From a virus (lineage: Duplodnaviria > Caudoviricetes), in IMG/VR virus record IMGVR_UViG_3300046167_000515, positions 1-55,069 of that record: a DNA stretch of 55,069 nucleotides. One strand, given 5' to 3'. A program made the translations under genes and the position numbers. This document shows positions 11,301 to 21,032 of this stretch, piece by piece. The notes beneath the pieces were generated by a model. The model ran no database searches and was not told the DNA's origin. It saw only the letters and a program-made list of their open reading frames with translations. The number at the start of each line of letters is the position of its first letter. The stretch's first letter is position 1.

Positions 11301-12750
11301 CGTCAAAATCACTGCCTGCACTGTCGTCAGCCTCTCCAGCCTGTAGCGTGATAGATGTTCCGTCAGCCTTAGTAAACGAAAGATCTAGAATAGAGTTGTC
11401 TATGTCAGCCCCTCCGATTCCGCTTGCGCCATAAAAACCGTACTGCTTAAACTGTGTTGGTTTATAGGTAAAAGAAACAGAAAGCCTTGAATTAGCCGTT
11501 ACAGTACTTGGAACGGAAGAAACATCAAGCTCAAAAGACCCGTCGTAAGTGTTGTTTCCGTGAGTTACACTGGGGTTTGAGTCAGAGTCAGTAACAAACA
11601 CTCCAGAGGGCGTTTCCTCATAGGTGACCGCAAGAGTCCCTTGCACGTTGGTGTTCTCATAACCAGAAGTAGGGCTTGAATACATAAGCCTACCACCAGA
11701 AACAGCCTGCCCGACAGCCTTGTGTGGGACGTCATCAAACACCTTGTCAGTTACAGAACCGCTTTCGTAAAGGTACAATCCATCGTTATAGAATGAGTAT
11801 ATACCGCTGGCGGAGCCATAAACAGTAGAACCATTCTTTACTAGGTCTTGGTTTGGATCAAAGCTGTCTACAACGAAGAAGGGGTTTGTGTTTACCGTTC
11901 TAGCAAGAATTACAATTTCTTTAACGTCTGTCTTGTTGTACGAAACGGTAGAGGGCTGATTGACCCATCTAGTGTTTATTTCGGCTTTGTTTTCTTCGGT
12001 TACAGACCCCAATAAATCTGCATCTGAGGACTCTATACCCTGAAGGGACATATACTTGGGGTAAACGACCTTCGAATGAGGGGATAAAGCAGACTTCTCT
12101 CCGTTGGTGTACACATACTGTACAGCAAATTGTAAGACGGTTCCGTAAAGATTGTTAGTCTTTCTGCTTGTGTCTGTTTTTAGTTCTACGGTAGGAGGCA
12201 AAAGGCTAGGCGCTTTTACGACGGCTAAAGAGTGCTCTATTTCTTGACTGGAAAAACCCTGAAACCTGTGCTCTAAAGCCTGCTGTACATTTATCTTTCT
12301 TGGACTGTTCTTCCCGTCAGTAAAGTATATCATGGTCTCTAAAGACCCCTCTCTCCTAAAGTGTCCACTTACAACGTCAGCCTTAACAAATCCATATTCG
12401 TCAAAGTCTAACACCGTAGACCTTATAAGTACCTTGTAAGTGTCTGCTGATGCGTCGTATTCATAAACACCGTGAACAGACGGACTGGTAGACCAAACAA
12501 AAAAGTAAACCTTCCCGTTAGCATCGTCAGAAACACTTCCTATTACCCTAGATCTTTGGTTAGGTATTTGATCGCTCGTAGTTGCAGCAGATCCAGGGAC
12601 GGTTCCCTTAGTGTTTTTTACAACACCTCCAGACGTTTCTCCATCAGTAGACATAGTGACGTTTCTAGCGTCAAGCATGTCGCCTTCAGCAAAGAACCTT
12701 TCGTCCTTGTCTTTGGCTAGACCTCTAAGTTTTATTTTATCAATCGCCAT
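8355..12750 (-). CDS. Tail stabilization / muzzle protein (P22 gp10-like), split by a frameshift near 9040
   Basis: ORFs 9037-12750 and 8355-8957 join as ...SNYCSI|DNKLLSGFWY...MNTFYG if one G is removed. Motifs include IYFTDGKNSPRKIN, FAVQYVY, FGVVYFDEFGR, GYDP and FTEKEGSFY. Confidence 0.7.
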
Positions 12751-13595
12751 TAGAACTTAGGTGACTGTTTGAAATTCTTCCTGATTGTCTTTAACGCTTC
12801 CTCTTTAGTGAATGACTTCATTCTTGAGTTTGCTTTTCTTCTTTCGTTGTAGTATTCTGTACGTGCTCTTGCTTTTTCGTTAGCAGGAACCGAAGACTTT
12901 CTTTCGATGATTTTATAGTACATGTAGGCCATCAAAGCTTCTTCTACATAAACGTGAACGTCTGGGTTCTTAGACCTAGCCTCGTCAGCTACATACTCGA
13001 TTACAACCTCGCTAAAAGACTGAGATCCTCCAAGCTCAATTCTGTTCTGGTCAAAGTTTACTCTAAACTGGCCGTAATACTGTCCCCCTCCGACTCCGTA
13101 AATGGCTCCCGCGCCTCCGTACACGTAGTTCCTGAATACGCTTGAATTAAGCCCCTGTGAGACATCATCCTGGCTTCCAGGGGATCCACCCCCAGTGGCT
13201 GTCTTTGAGTCTATTCTGTCGTGTATTCCGTCACTATCATCATCCGCCGCCTCAGCCTGGGTTCCTACCTTAACGCCTAAGTGGTTAGAATAAGCTTGAG
13301 ATTGATTAATGTTTTTGTTCTCACCCAACACGTAAACAATTCCATCGGCTCCGACCACACCCACCTTACTCCAATCCACGTAATCGTCTGGAAGCTCAAC
13401 GGTATTGTTAGCCGTGTTAACCGACAGCTTTAAAGACTTAATCTTTCGGGACATATCAAACCCAATCTCTCTTAGCCCTCTAAGGGCGTGAGTTCGAATC
13501 TGAGTGTCAGAAGCTTGGTTAGCGAAGTCATCCTCACCCATCGTGATTATGAAGTCGCTAATAACTTGCGATAAGGGTACTGTATTTCTAGCCAT
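12750..13595 (-). CDS. Tail ring / head-tail connector protein
   Basis: 281 aa with a VELPDDYVDWSKVG motif; located between the adaptor and muzzle genes. Confidence 0.6.
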   Translation of the reverse strand: MARNTVPLSQVISDFIITMGEDDFANQASDTQIRTHALRGLREIGFDMSRKIKSLKLSVNTANNTVELPDDYVDWSKVGVVGADGIVYVLGENKNINQSQAYSNHLGVKVGTQAEAADDDSDGIHDRIDSKTATGGGSPGSQDDVSQGLNSSVFRNYVYGGAGAIYGVGGGQYYGQFRVNFDQNRIELGGSQSFSEVVIEYVADEARSKNPDVHVYVEEALMAYMYYKIIERKSSVPANEKARARTEYYNERRKANSRMKSFTKEEALKTIRKNFKQSPKF

Positions 13596-14333
13596 CAGAA
13601 TGTCTCAGCTTGTTTTCTTGTTTGCATCTCCTGACCCGTGTAGGCCACGATCTGTTGGTCTCTAAGGTTAAGACCTATCATCTTTCCGATTTCATAAACG
13701 AGATCAGAAGTGTAGTGAGAGGGAAGGTCAAAGTCAACCAAGCCAACGCCAGAGGCGTTTACAGACGGCATATCAGTTGTTCTAGCTCCAGTAGTCTTGC
13801 TTCTTCCTTCTGGTTGCTTGTAGTACCTAACGTCAATCTTTCTTATAGATGTAGGAAAAATCTGAATATCTTCAGAAATTAATGCGACTGGAAAGTCCTC
13901 TGTAGGTGCGCTAAGGTTATTCAGTAAAATTCTTTCAATCTTTTCCTCGTCATAGCAAACCTCTACTGGAACCTTAGTAGAAATATCAAGCAAGGATATC
14001 TCCAGCGGTATATATACCCACGATCCTAGCGAGGTCGTCAGGCTTAGTAAACCCGTCTCCCGACTTAGACAGTGTTAACTTCTTAGAAAAGAAAGCCAGA
14101 TCTTCTTGTACTCTTTTAGTTCTTGACTTGTCTCGTCCTGGGTTGAACCCAGCCTTAGACATCCTCATTGAATCTTTGAGCTCGTCAAACAATGAGTTGA
14201 ATATATTTAGTTGGGCAATCTCGGCAAAGCGAGAAAATTCTGAGTCGCTAATAAAGCCCTGCTGATCCTTATTTGTAAGGTTCTTCAAGGTGTCATAAAC
14301 AACTGTTGAGCTAGCCCCGTATGCTTGTGCCAT
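13595..14333 (-). CDS. Head-tail adaptor / ring protein, split by a frameshift near 13992
   Basis: ORFs 13986-14333 and 13595-13993 fuse as AGDI|LLDISTKVP if one C is removed. Motifs include NKDQQGFIS.EF.FA..AQ, YYKQP and DFDLP. Confidence 0.65.
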
Positions 14334-14350
14334 GAGACAAATATACGAAA

Positions 14351-14380
14351 AAGAAAAAGCCCCCTTTCGGAGGCTCTTTC
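14351..14380 (-). terminator. Intrinsic terminator
   Basis: Minus strand reads GAGCCTCC-GAAA-GGGGGCT followed by TTTTCTTTTT, downstream of the 14400-15203 gene. Confidence 0.7.
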
Positions 14381-14399
14381 GCGTATATAATAGATTCCC

Positions 14400-15203
14400 T
14401 TAGGTTAGCTGACGCTCAATCTCGTTAAGGACTACAGAACCTGTCTCGGTCATGCAATACCTAACAAAGATGTCAGCTGGGTCCTTACCTTCTGGAACGG
14501 CGATAATATGTTTGTTTGTGTCCGTCCATACGATGTGACCACCTTTATGAGAAATTAGATTATACTTCATAGCCTTCTTGACCTTAGCCTTAGTCTCAAT
14601 GACTGGGTTGTCGAAAGCTTCGATAAATGATTTAGGGTTCTTTTTAGCAAAGACCAGGAGGTCGTGTCTTACTTCATCAACCATCCGATCTGTGTTGATC
14701 GCAAAGGCTGTTGCTACTGACATGATTTCGTCGATTGACTTGTTACGGACCAAATTAACAGCGTCTGCATACAAGAAGTCTGCGGCTAGCTCTTTTTTTG
14801 CTAGTTCTGCATGGTCTACTCTTCTAAAAATAGACCCCCCATTGACCTGATTGTCTGGGTGAAGATCAAGAAATTTCTTTAGGTTTTGATTTTGTTCACC
14901 AACAAATAACCTACCCTCTCTAAACACCACGCTTCCTTTTGGTGAGCTGTCATTTTGTTCGTCCTTCATTATGCTAGGCTCATTAGGGCAATACCTTAAC
15001 GAAACCTGTTTTTTGGTTTTTTTGTCAAAGTGCATAACCTCTGACCTGTTGAGCATGTATACAATCCCTGCCCTCCCGATGATTTCGTATTCAGACGGGA
15101 TCTTAATCCCATTGTCAAACTTAGATAAGTCTACCTTTTTTTCTGCAATAATTGCAGGTTCCGCCGCTTTTGCTGGGCGTCCGCGTTTAGCTGTATTAGC
15201 CAT
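14400..15203 (-). CDS. Conserved phage protein downstream of the major capsid gene
   Basis: 267 aa with motifs LRYCPNEPSI..DEQ, VVFREGRL and FLDLHPDN; synteny. Confidence 0.55.
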   Translation of the reverse strand: MANTAKRGRPAKAAEPAIIAEKKVDLSKFDNGIKIPSEYEIIGRAGIVYMLNRSEVMHFDKKTKKQVSLRYCPNEPSIMKDEQNDSSPKGSVVFREGRLFVGEQNQNLKKFLDLHPDNQVNGGSIFRRVDHAELAKKELAADFLYADAVNLVRNKSIDEIMSVATAFAINTDRMVDEVRHDLLVFAKKNPKSFIEAFDNPVIETKAKVKKAMKYNLISHKGGHIVWTDTNKHIIAVPEGKDPADIFVRYCMTETGSVVLNEIERQLT

Positions 15204-15280
15204 TTTTTTTGATTTTAAATTAAATTAAGAAGAGTATAGAAAGGAGGAGCCGAATTGCCCCTCCCTCTATACAGATTATA

Positions 15281-16621
15281 TCACTTGAACAAGAAGTGCT
15301 GGTTTGCACCTCGAACGCACAAGTTACACTCAGAACGGTAGTTGAACTTAGCCAAGTCCTCTCCGCCAGTGTTGTAGCCGAGTACTCCGCCACCTTCTAC
15401 CCAGTGCTCCATCTCTCTGCTGTAGTTGCCAGCAGACTTGTAGTTCATCTCCAGCGAGTGGTGAGAGTTACCAGTCTTAGCGTCTACGATTACAGACAAA
15501 GGAATCAAAGCACCTTTTACGTCAGAAGCACCGCCCATTGTTGGGTCGTTCAACAACTTCCAGTCATGCTTGTGGAAAGTGTACCCACCACGAGTAAATG
15601 ACTTAAAGCCCATAGCGATAGCCATGTCTTTATTGTTGTTAAACGCACCGAATCCAGCAGCAGCTCCGATACCGCCTCCTCCCATTCCAGCAGCAGCGAT
15701 TTGATTGTCGCAAGCGATAGACAAGGCTCTGTTTAGGTACAAAGCATTTTCAGCTGGAGCACCTTGCTTGTCAATCTCTACGATAATTGCGTCGAAGCTT
15801 TCAGTTGCATCGAAAGCAGCCTCAAAAGGATTTGTAGCAGTTCCACCACGGGCGGCAACAGCAGCTACGTATCCTTCAGATCCTGGCGATCCTCCGCCAT
15901 ATGCAGGTGGAGTGGCGTTAGTTGAGTTCTTCTCACCGAAGACCAACATGCCCTCACGCATATTCATGAACTTGCGACGAGCGTCGAGCTCACCCTTCAA
16001 GTACCACATGTTCTGACCGCCTACGTTTACCCAACCGATGTTAGAAGCTTGAGATCCACTTACATGGAAGCTCTCTTTTACAATAGTGAATGGGTTTGCA
16101 TAGCGAGTCAATCTAGGCTGAAAAGGCTTAGCTGGTTGATCCGTTCCCTGAGGGTAAGCATTACCAATAATGGTGTGGTCTCCAGCAGCAGCAGTAGCAG
16201 CCGCTCCAGTTGACATGTCCACAAAGGAGACCGCGCCATCTGAGGTGGCAGCTGATGTAACCAAGAGTCTAGCAGAACCCTTAAGCAAAACATCATACTG
16301 TCGAAGAGCGTTATCCTCATCGGTCATGGCAACCCCATCCATGTGTGTTACTACATTGGCAGTGGTGAGCGTAACCGTTCGGCCTAAGCGACCTTCTTCA
16401 TACCAAATTGTTTCGTCCGAAGAACCAACGTTCTTCTTAGCTCCAATTACTTCTACGAGACCGCTTAAGCCTTGGTCTCCATAGGCTGAGACGTAGATAT
16501 CTCTAACGTCGTCTTTTGTTCCGTCTACTAGGTCTCCGAGTGAGACATAGGTTTGTGGCGACTGGTCGTATCCCAAAGGACCTTTACCAGCAGCAGCTGT
16601 TGAGTCAATAGCGTTAGCCAT
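15281..16621 (-). CDS. Major capsid protein
   Basis: 446 aa, follows the scaffold. Motifs include WYEEGRL, NPFTIVKESFHVSGS, MGFKSFTRGGYTFHKHDWKLLNDPT and RSECNLCVRGAN. Confidence 0.8.
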   Translation of the reverse strand: MANAIDSTAAAGKGPLGYDQSPQTYVSLGDLVDGTKDDVRDIYVSAYGDQGLSGLVEVIGAKKNVGSSDETIWYEEGRLGRTVTLTTANVVTHMDGVAMTDEDNALRQYDVLLKGSARLLVTSAATSDGAVSFVDMSTGAAATAAAGDHTIIGNAYPQGTDQPAKPFQPRLTRYANPFTIVKESFHVSGSQASNIGWVNVGGQNMWYLKGELDARRKFMNMREGMLVFGEKNSTNATPPAYGGGSPGSEGYVAAVAARGGTATNPFEAAFDATESFDAIIVEIDKQGAPAENALYLNRALSIACDNQIAAAGMGGGGIGAAAGFGAFNNNKDMAIAMGFKSFTRGGYTFHKHDWKLLNDPTMGGASDVKGALIPLSVIVDAKTGNSHHSLEMNYKSAGNYSREMEHWVEGGGVLGYNTGGEDLAKFNYRSECNLCVRGANQHFLFK

Positions 16622-16641
16622 AATATATAGTTATCTAATTT

Positions 16642-17716
16642 TTAAAACATGCCTCCGTTTGGCTTCAGAATTTGTCTGAGCTGTTGGGCGAGGTTGTCCC
16701 CATCTGGTTGTGATGGTTGATTAGGTGATGTAGGTGAAACATTTGCGGCTTTTTCCACAACGCCTCGCTGTCCATCCGACAAGCCTTGACTGTACACATT
16801 GCTAACAATGCTTTCTACATTGTCGATTACAGCTCTGTGCATGTTAAGCATGTCATAATCCCAAACACCATCGTCATTAATATATGGATCAAAAAACTCG
16901 TCTAAACGAGCGTTCTTATCCGCTAACTGACCTTTGTACTCTGAAGTAAGACCGAACGTAAATGTTTTGTCATTTCCAAGATTGAATTCAATCCCTTCCA
17001 TTGCATCTAGTTCAGACTTCATTCCAGAAATCCAATTGTCATCAATGATGGAGCTGTTATCGTTCTCCTGCGTTACTGGGGCTTGATACTCTGATCTAAG
17101 AGCTTCAATGCCTTTTCTAGCTTCCTCCGAGTCTAGCTTCATCTGGAGCTTAGAAAGTGTAACCTCTTGCTCTGTGTTTAAATCAGGGTCGAGTTTATAC
17201 TTGCTAGACACTAGAACCTGAATTTCTTGCTGAGATAAGGTTTGGATAGTCCGATGCCATTTTTACCTGGATCGCAGTCATGTCATCCATTTCGGATGGG
17301 TTCATGGACTGATAAACAAACCAATCTCTAGGGTCTCTTCCTGTCTTTTCGACAAAATCTGAGATTACAGAAATCCTTTCGTCTAGAGCCTTTTGCTCCG
17401 TCTGTTGTGCCTGAAAGTCATCAATAGACTTAATCTCCCTACCAAGCCTTTCGCTTAGGTAATTGAAGACCGCCCCTTCGAGTTCTTCCTGACTATATTG
17501 ATCTTGAGATGCAGATTGATCGGGCTGCACCTCATTCACGTTTTCTTGTTGTGGCTCTTGCGTCTCTTCCTGAACGATAGGCTGTTGTGCTTGCGCTACC
17601 TCTTCGTCTGAAACAAACGTAAATGAACTCTCTTCTGTTTGCGGCGTAGATTCAACCGTTGTTGTCTCCTGCTGCTCTACCTGAGGCTCTTGAGCTTCAA
17701 TGTTATTTTCCTCCAT
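16642..17716 (-). CDS. Scaffolding protein, split by a frameshift near 17238
   Basis: Acidic E/Q-rich N-terminal ORF (17204-17716) and ORF 16642-17211 join as DYPNL|SQQEIQVLVSSKYKLD if one base is removed; immediately upstream of the capsid gene. Confidence 0.7.
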
Positions 17717-17760
17717 TAGAATTTAATTTAAGTGCAAATATATAAACTATTTATTAGTAG

Positions 17761-17988
17761 TCATTTAGACTTCCAAGAAACTCGTTTAGTGCTTTTTTTA
17801 GACCTCATGCCCTTTGAGGTACACTGAGACAGCGTAGGGCGACAAGCAGGGTAGCCTGTTCCTCTCTTTGATCCAGCCTTCTTTCTTCCACACGGGACGA
17901 ACTTACCAGATCTTTTGGAGGCTTTACAGTCAACCCAGCCCTTTCCTTTGTTTCGGCTGAACCACTTCTTTAGACCCTCCTTCTTCAT
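17761..17988 (-). CDS. Small basic phage protein
   Basis: Likely start is ATG 17988 (ATGA overlap): MKKEGLKKWF...WVDCK...PCGRK...YPACRPT. Confidence 0.6.
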   Translation of the reverse strand: MKKEGLKKWFSRNKGKGWVDCKASKRSGKFVPCGRKKAGSKRGTGYPACRPTLSQCTSKGMRSKKSTKRVSWKSK

Positions 17989-18149
17989 TTCTTTTTGGAC
18001 TTTTTGCCCCAGCTGCTTGCACCTACTTTTCGGCACTTAACTAGAGCTCCAGACGCATACGCAGAGGGCCAAACCCTGTAGCGTGACTTAACCTTGTGGT
18101 AGCAGGCATCCTTTACAGACCCTCCCTTCTTATACTTCTTTACCTGCAT
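17985..18149 (-). CDS. Small basic phage protein (54 aa, below the ORF-track cutoff)
   Basis: MQVKKYKKGGSVKDACYHKVKSRYRVWPSAYASGALVKCRKVGASSWGKKSKKK*; overlaps both neighbours by start/stop coupling. Confidence 0.7.
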   Translation of the reverse strand: MQVKKYKKGGSVKDACYHKVKSRYRVWPSAYASGALVKCRKVGASSWGKKSKKK

Positions 18150-18421
18150 CAGCAGCGCCATTTACGAAGGGCTAGAGCCTTTCTTGTTGGTTTTCCATTA
18201 GGCTTCTTCATAGGGCCTTTTACCCCCTTCATTCTAGCGCAAAAAGATCTTCGCCTTCCAGCTCTCTTCCCCTTAGGGTTGGCCTCGGTGACGGCCATCT
18301 TAAGCTTACTGCCAGTTTCTCTGTTGTATTTAGCAATGCCAGCACGAGTAAGCCCTCCAGAACGGGACTTGTGCTTACCCATCTTAAGACTAACTCTTTT
18401 CTTCTTCTTTACCTTAGGCAT
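18149..18421 (-). CDS. Small basic phage protein (DUF6321-like)
   Basis: K/R-rich, with GGLTRAG...RRRSFCARM...ALRKWRC. Confidence 0.6.
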   Translation of the reverse strand: MPKVKKKKRVSLKMGKHKSRSGGLTRAGIAKYNRETGSKLKMAVTEANPKGKRAGRRRSFCARMKGVKGPMKKPNGKPTRKALALRKWRC

Positions 18422-18454
18422 AAAGCAAAGATAATAAAAATAGGATAAGGCTTT

Positions 18455-18667
18455 TTAAGGCATCAAAGACGCTATCAGTGCTTTATCTGATTCTGATAGA
18501 ACTCCTTGCTGTTGAATAATTTCTGCTTCATCATCTGAAATAACGCCATTGTTATCATAGGATGTAATCATTGCCAATTTTACCTGCAAACTGTAATCGC
18601 CGTCGACTATGTGTTGGATAACTAAATCCTCACCTAACAGATCCACAACTGCTTTTATCTTGTTCAT
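18455..18667 (-). CDS. Hypothetical protein
   Basis: 70-aa ORF coupled to the upstream gene. Confidence 0.5.
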   Translation of the reverse strand: MNKIKAVVDLLGEDLVIQHIVDGDYSLQVKLAMITSYDNNGVISDDEAEIIQQQGVLSESDKALIASLMP

Positions 18668-19521
18668 TATCCAACGTTTAAGTTACTATTACCTGCGTTA
18701 TTATTGGTAAGACTCATTGGCCCAACGTGTGCCATTTCAGTGTAGTTTACTCCATCATTTGACCCTTCAAACAATAAATAAAAAGCGTACAGCACGTTCA
18801 AGTTCATGCTCTTAATAATTGGAGGGGTGCTATAGGTTCCTGGCTCAAATTCAATTTGAAGGTATTTTGGAGTACCGCTTATGCCCCAAAATCTCGTATA
18901 AGCACTGCTGTCAAAAGCATTGTACTTATAATTGGTTGAATACACAGCTGACGAGGTTAAAGCGATACCCGTTTGACTTGTGTTAGAACTAAGGTTTGTG
19001 GTTGGGTGATTTGTTCCTGTTTGACCCGCCCCCTCATACAAAGACCAGTCTCTTATAGCCAACCATGAAGTACCTGATTGCCCTTTGCTGGCGTTCGTGT
19101 TGGTCAAGCGGATATATCTATAAGCAGCGAAAGACGGCGTATAGGTCAATGTTAGTGCTGCACTTTGTACGTTATCCCCAAACTCCTGAGCCTTGACTGT
19201 TACGGTGCGTTCTGCTGTGCTTGTGCTTGTATCGCTAAAGGTCATGACTGGCCCCAATGAATCATCGCCATTGTCCATAGAGTGATTTACATCTGCATCA
19301 GCAACGATTTCCGTACCGCCAATTGACACGGATACTGAATAATTAGGGTTTGTATAGCTAGAGTGATTACTAATTATGACTGAACCCTGCCCAAAACCGA
19401 AGGAGATTGAAGCCGTCGGTGTGGTTGTAGTTGTACCACCACCACTGCTTCCCTTCTCAATACCGTTTATCTTAGATATACTAGCCATTTCTGTTCCGTT
19501 GTATTTTAATACTGTTGACAT
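18667..19521 (-). CDS. Fibre / receptor-binding protein with a discoidin (F5/8)-like C-terminus
   Basis: S/T/G-rich; YRYIRL...NAFD...W...FEGSNDGVNYT pattern. Confidence 0.55.
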   Translation of the reverse strand: MSTVLKYNGTEMASISKINGIEKGSSGGGTTTTTPTASISFGFGQGSVIISNHSSYTNPNYSVSVSIGGTEIVADADVNHSMDNGDDSLGPVMTFSDTSTSTAERTVTVKAQEFGDNVQSAALTLTYTPSFAAYRYIRLTNTNASKGQSGTSWLAIRDWSLYEGAGQTGTNHPTTNLSSNTSQTGIALTSSAVYSTNYKYNAFDSSAYTRFWGISGTPKYLQIEFEPGTYSTPPIIKSMNLNVLYAFYLLFEGSNDGVNYTEMAHVGPMSLTNNNAGNSNLNVG

Positions 19522-19522
19522 A

Positions 19523-20651
19523 TCATGAACCTATCTCTAAGTAAGTCGCCTCAGGATTAAAGTACATCACAGATGTTGTTACCGAATGGCCCATGACTCT
19601 CTTGAATTGACCTTGACCTGGAGACGTATTTGTGATTTGAGCTTGAGTTCCTAAAAAACATTGTTGTGCGGCGGTTAAAGTAGTACCCGTGTTTACATAC
19701 CCTTTAAGTAAAAAAACCAGCATCCTCAGTGCTACCTAAAGCCATGCCAAGAAAGGCTTTGTTACCAGCCTCTACATTGCTCGCTGCAAACTCCCAGCTA
19801 CTACCGTCATAATAGTAAACCCTTCCAGCTGTGGTTCCTGCGCCTGAGTCAATTCCAAAATAAGTAACTATAGAGCCGTGGCCGTGGTCGCCAGCACTGC
19901 TAAGCCCAGTATTCTGTGCTGTTATGTCTGTGGCTAAAAATGTGCCACAACTAAGGCTTAGGGTTCCAGCGTCTACCGATACTCCAGACAGCAATGTCTT
20001 CTTGGCGGTGTTTCCTACATGGGTGTTTCCAGAACCATCACACTTAATTAGCTCTCTACTTGTACCACCATCATCGACCCCTCTAATGGCGTTGTTGTTT
20101 GTGGTTAGCGATAGAAATTGGCCTACAAACACACGATTGGCAGCGGTAAGGTGGTTGCCGTCAAATGTAAGGTTAGACTCGCCATCTATATTGCCATCAC
20201 TGTCGCCCGCTGTAAGGACTCTGTTTTCCGCGTAGTTATCTATACTAACACTTCCACTCCCAGACGGCGTGTCGATCCAGGATAGATCACCAGTGGCGTT
20301 AGCCTCAAGTATTCTGTTTGCTGAGCCTGGGGCTGAAGTAGGAAGCGTAATGGTGTAGCTGGAATGGACTTCAGACTTAGGTTTTAAGTCTATATACTGT
20401 GCGTTATCCCCGTCGCTTAACCTAATCCCGTTGGCCGATCTAGAGTCAAAAACCCCATTGACGTTATCAAACTGATAGCTTACTGTGTTTGAAGAGCTTG
20501 CAAACTGTACAATACCCCCCTTTAGTCCAAGCCTACTGGTGTCTCCGTTAAGATCATAAGTCCTAGGAGATCCAGCCTGAGTTAGATTGCCAGAACCAAG
20601 ATTTACAGTTACCGCATCACCCTCTAGTAATATTTTTTTCCATTCGGCCAC
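19523..20651 (-). CDS. Tail fibre protein, split at a T7 run near 19712
   Basis: GTG start, MAEWKKILLEGDA; YTITLPTSAP...LSW fibre motif; joins DAGF|LLKGYVN...MYFNPEATYLEI if one T is removed. Confidence 0.65.
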
Positions 20652-20657
20652 CTATAC

Positions 20658-20828
20658 TTATGCTTTTTGAAGTTTGGAATCTTCTTTTTGCTGAAGTTTT
20701 TGAAGCCTTTCGAACTCCTTCTCTAGCTTCCCCATAAGAGAAACAATAGTACCAGCGTCTGAAGCCTTGATGTTTGCCTGCTTTGTTACTTCAGCTAAGA
20801 AGTACACTTCTGAGATGTCTAATTTCAT
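20658..20828 (-). CDS. Small coiled-coil protein (possible fibre chaperone)
   Basis: MKLDISEVYFLAEVTKQANIKASDAGTIVSLMGKLEKEFERLQK...; 56 aa, read manually. Confidence 0.55.
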   Translation of the reverse strand: MKLDISEVYFLAEVTKQANIKASDAGTIVSLMGKLEKEFERLQKLQQKEDSKLQKA

Positions 20829-20852
20829 TTGAATTTAATTAAAGGTTTGAAA

Positions 20853-21026
20853 TTACTTAGCCTTCAGTTGATTCTGAAGTTTATTTACTACGTCTGCCAA
20901 CAAAAGTACATCTTTTCCTTCAAAACTACAATCATGTAGTGTCTTTAAAATAAACGTAAGCTCTTGTTGGGTCAAGGTGTCAGTGGTAATACCACCAGCA
21001 GCCTTGCCCTTGTTCAAGATTCCCAA
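20853..21026 (-). CDS. Small protein (possible fibre chaperone)
   Basis: TTG start; GILNKGK...LTQQELTFILKTLHDCSFEGKDVLLLADVVNKLQNQLKAK*; read manually. Confidence 0.55.
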   Translation of the reverse strand: MGILNKGKAAGGITTDTLTQQELTFILKTLHDCSFEGKDVLLLADVVNKLQNQLKAK

Positions 21027-21032
21027 TTAGTA

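Noticed and set aside
8355-19723. Stop-codon reassignment as the cause of the split genes
   Set aside because: The downstream halves are in different frames rather than beyond an in-frame stop; TAA, TAG and TGA all end normal genes, and no suppressor tRNA was found.
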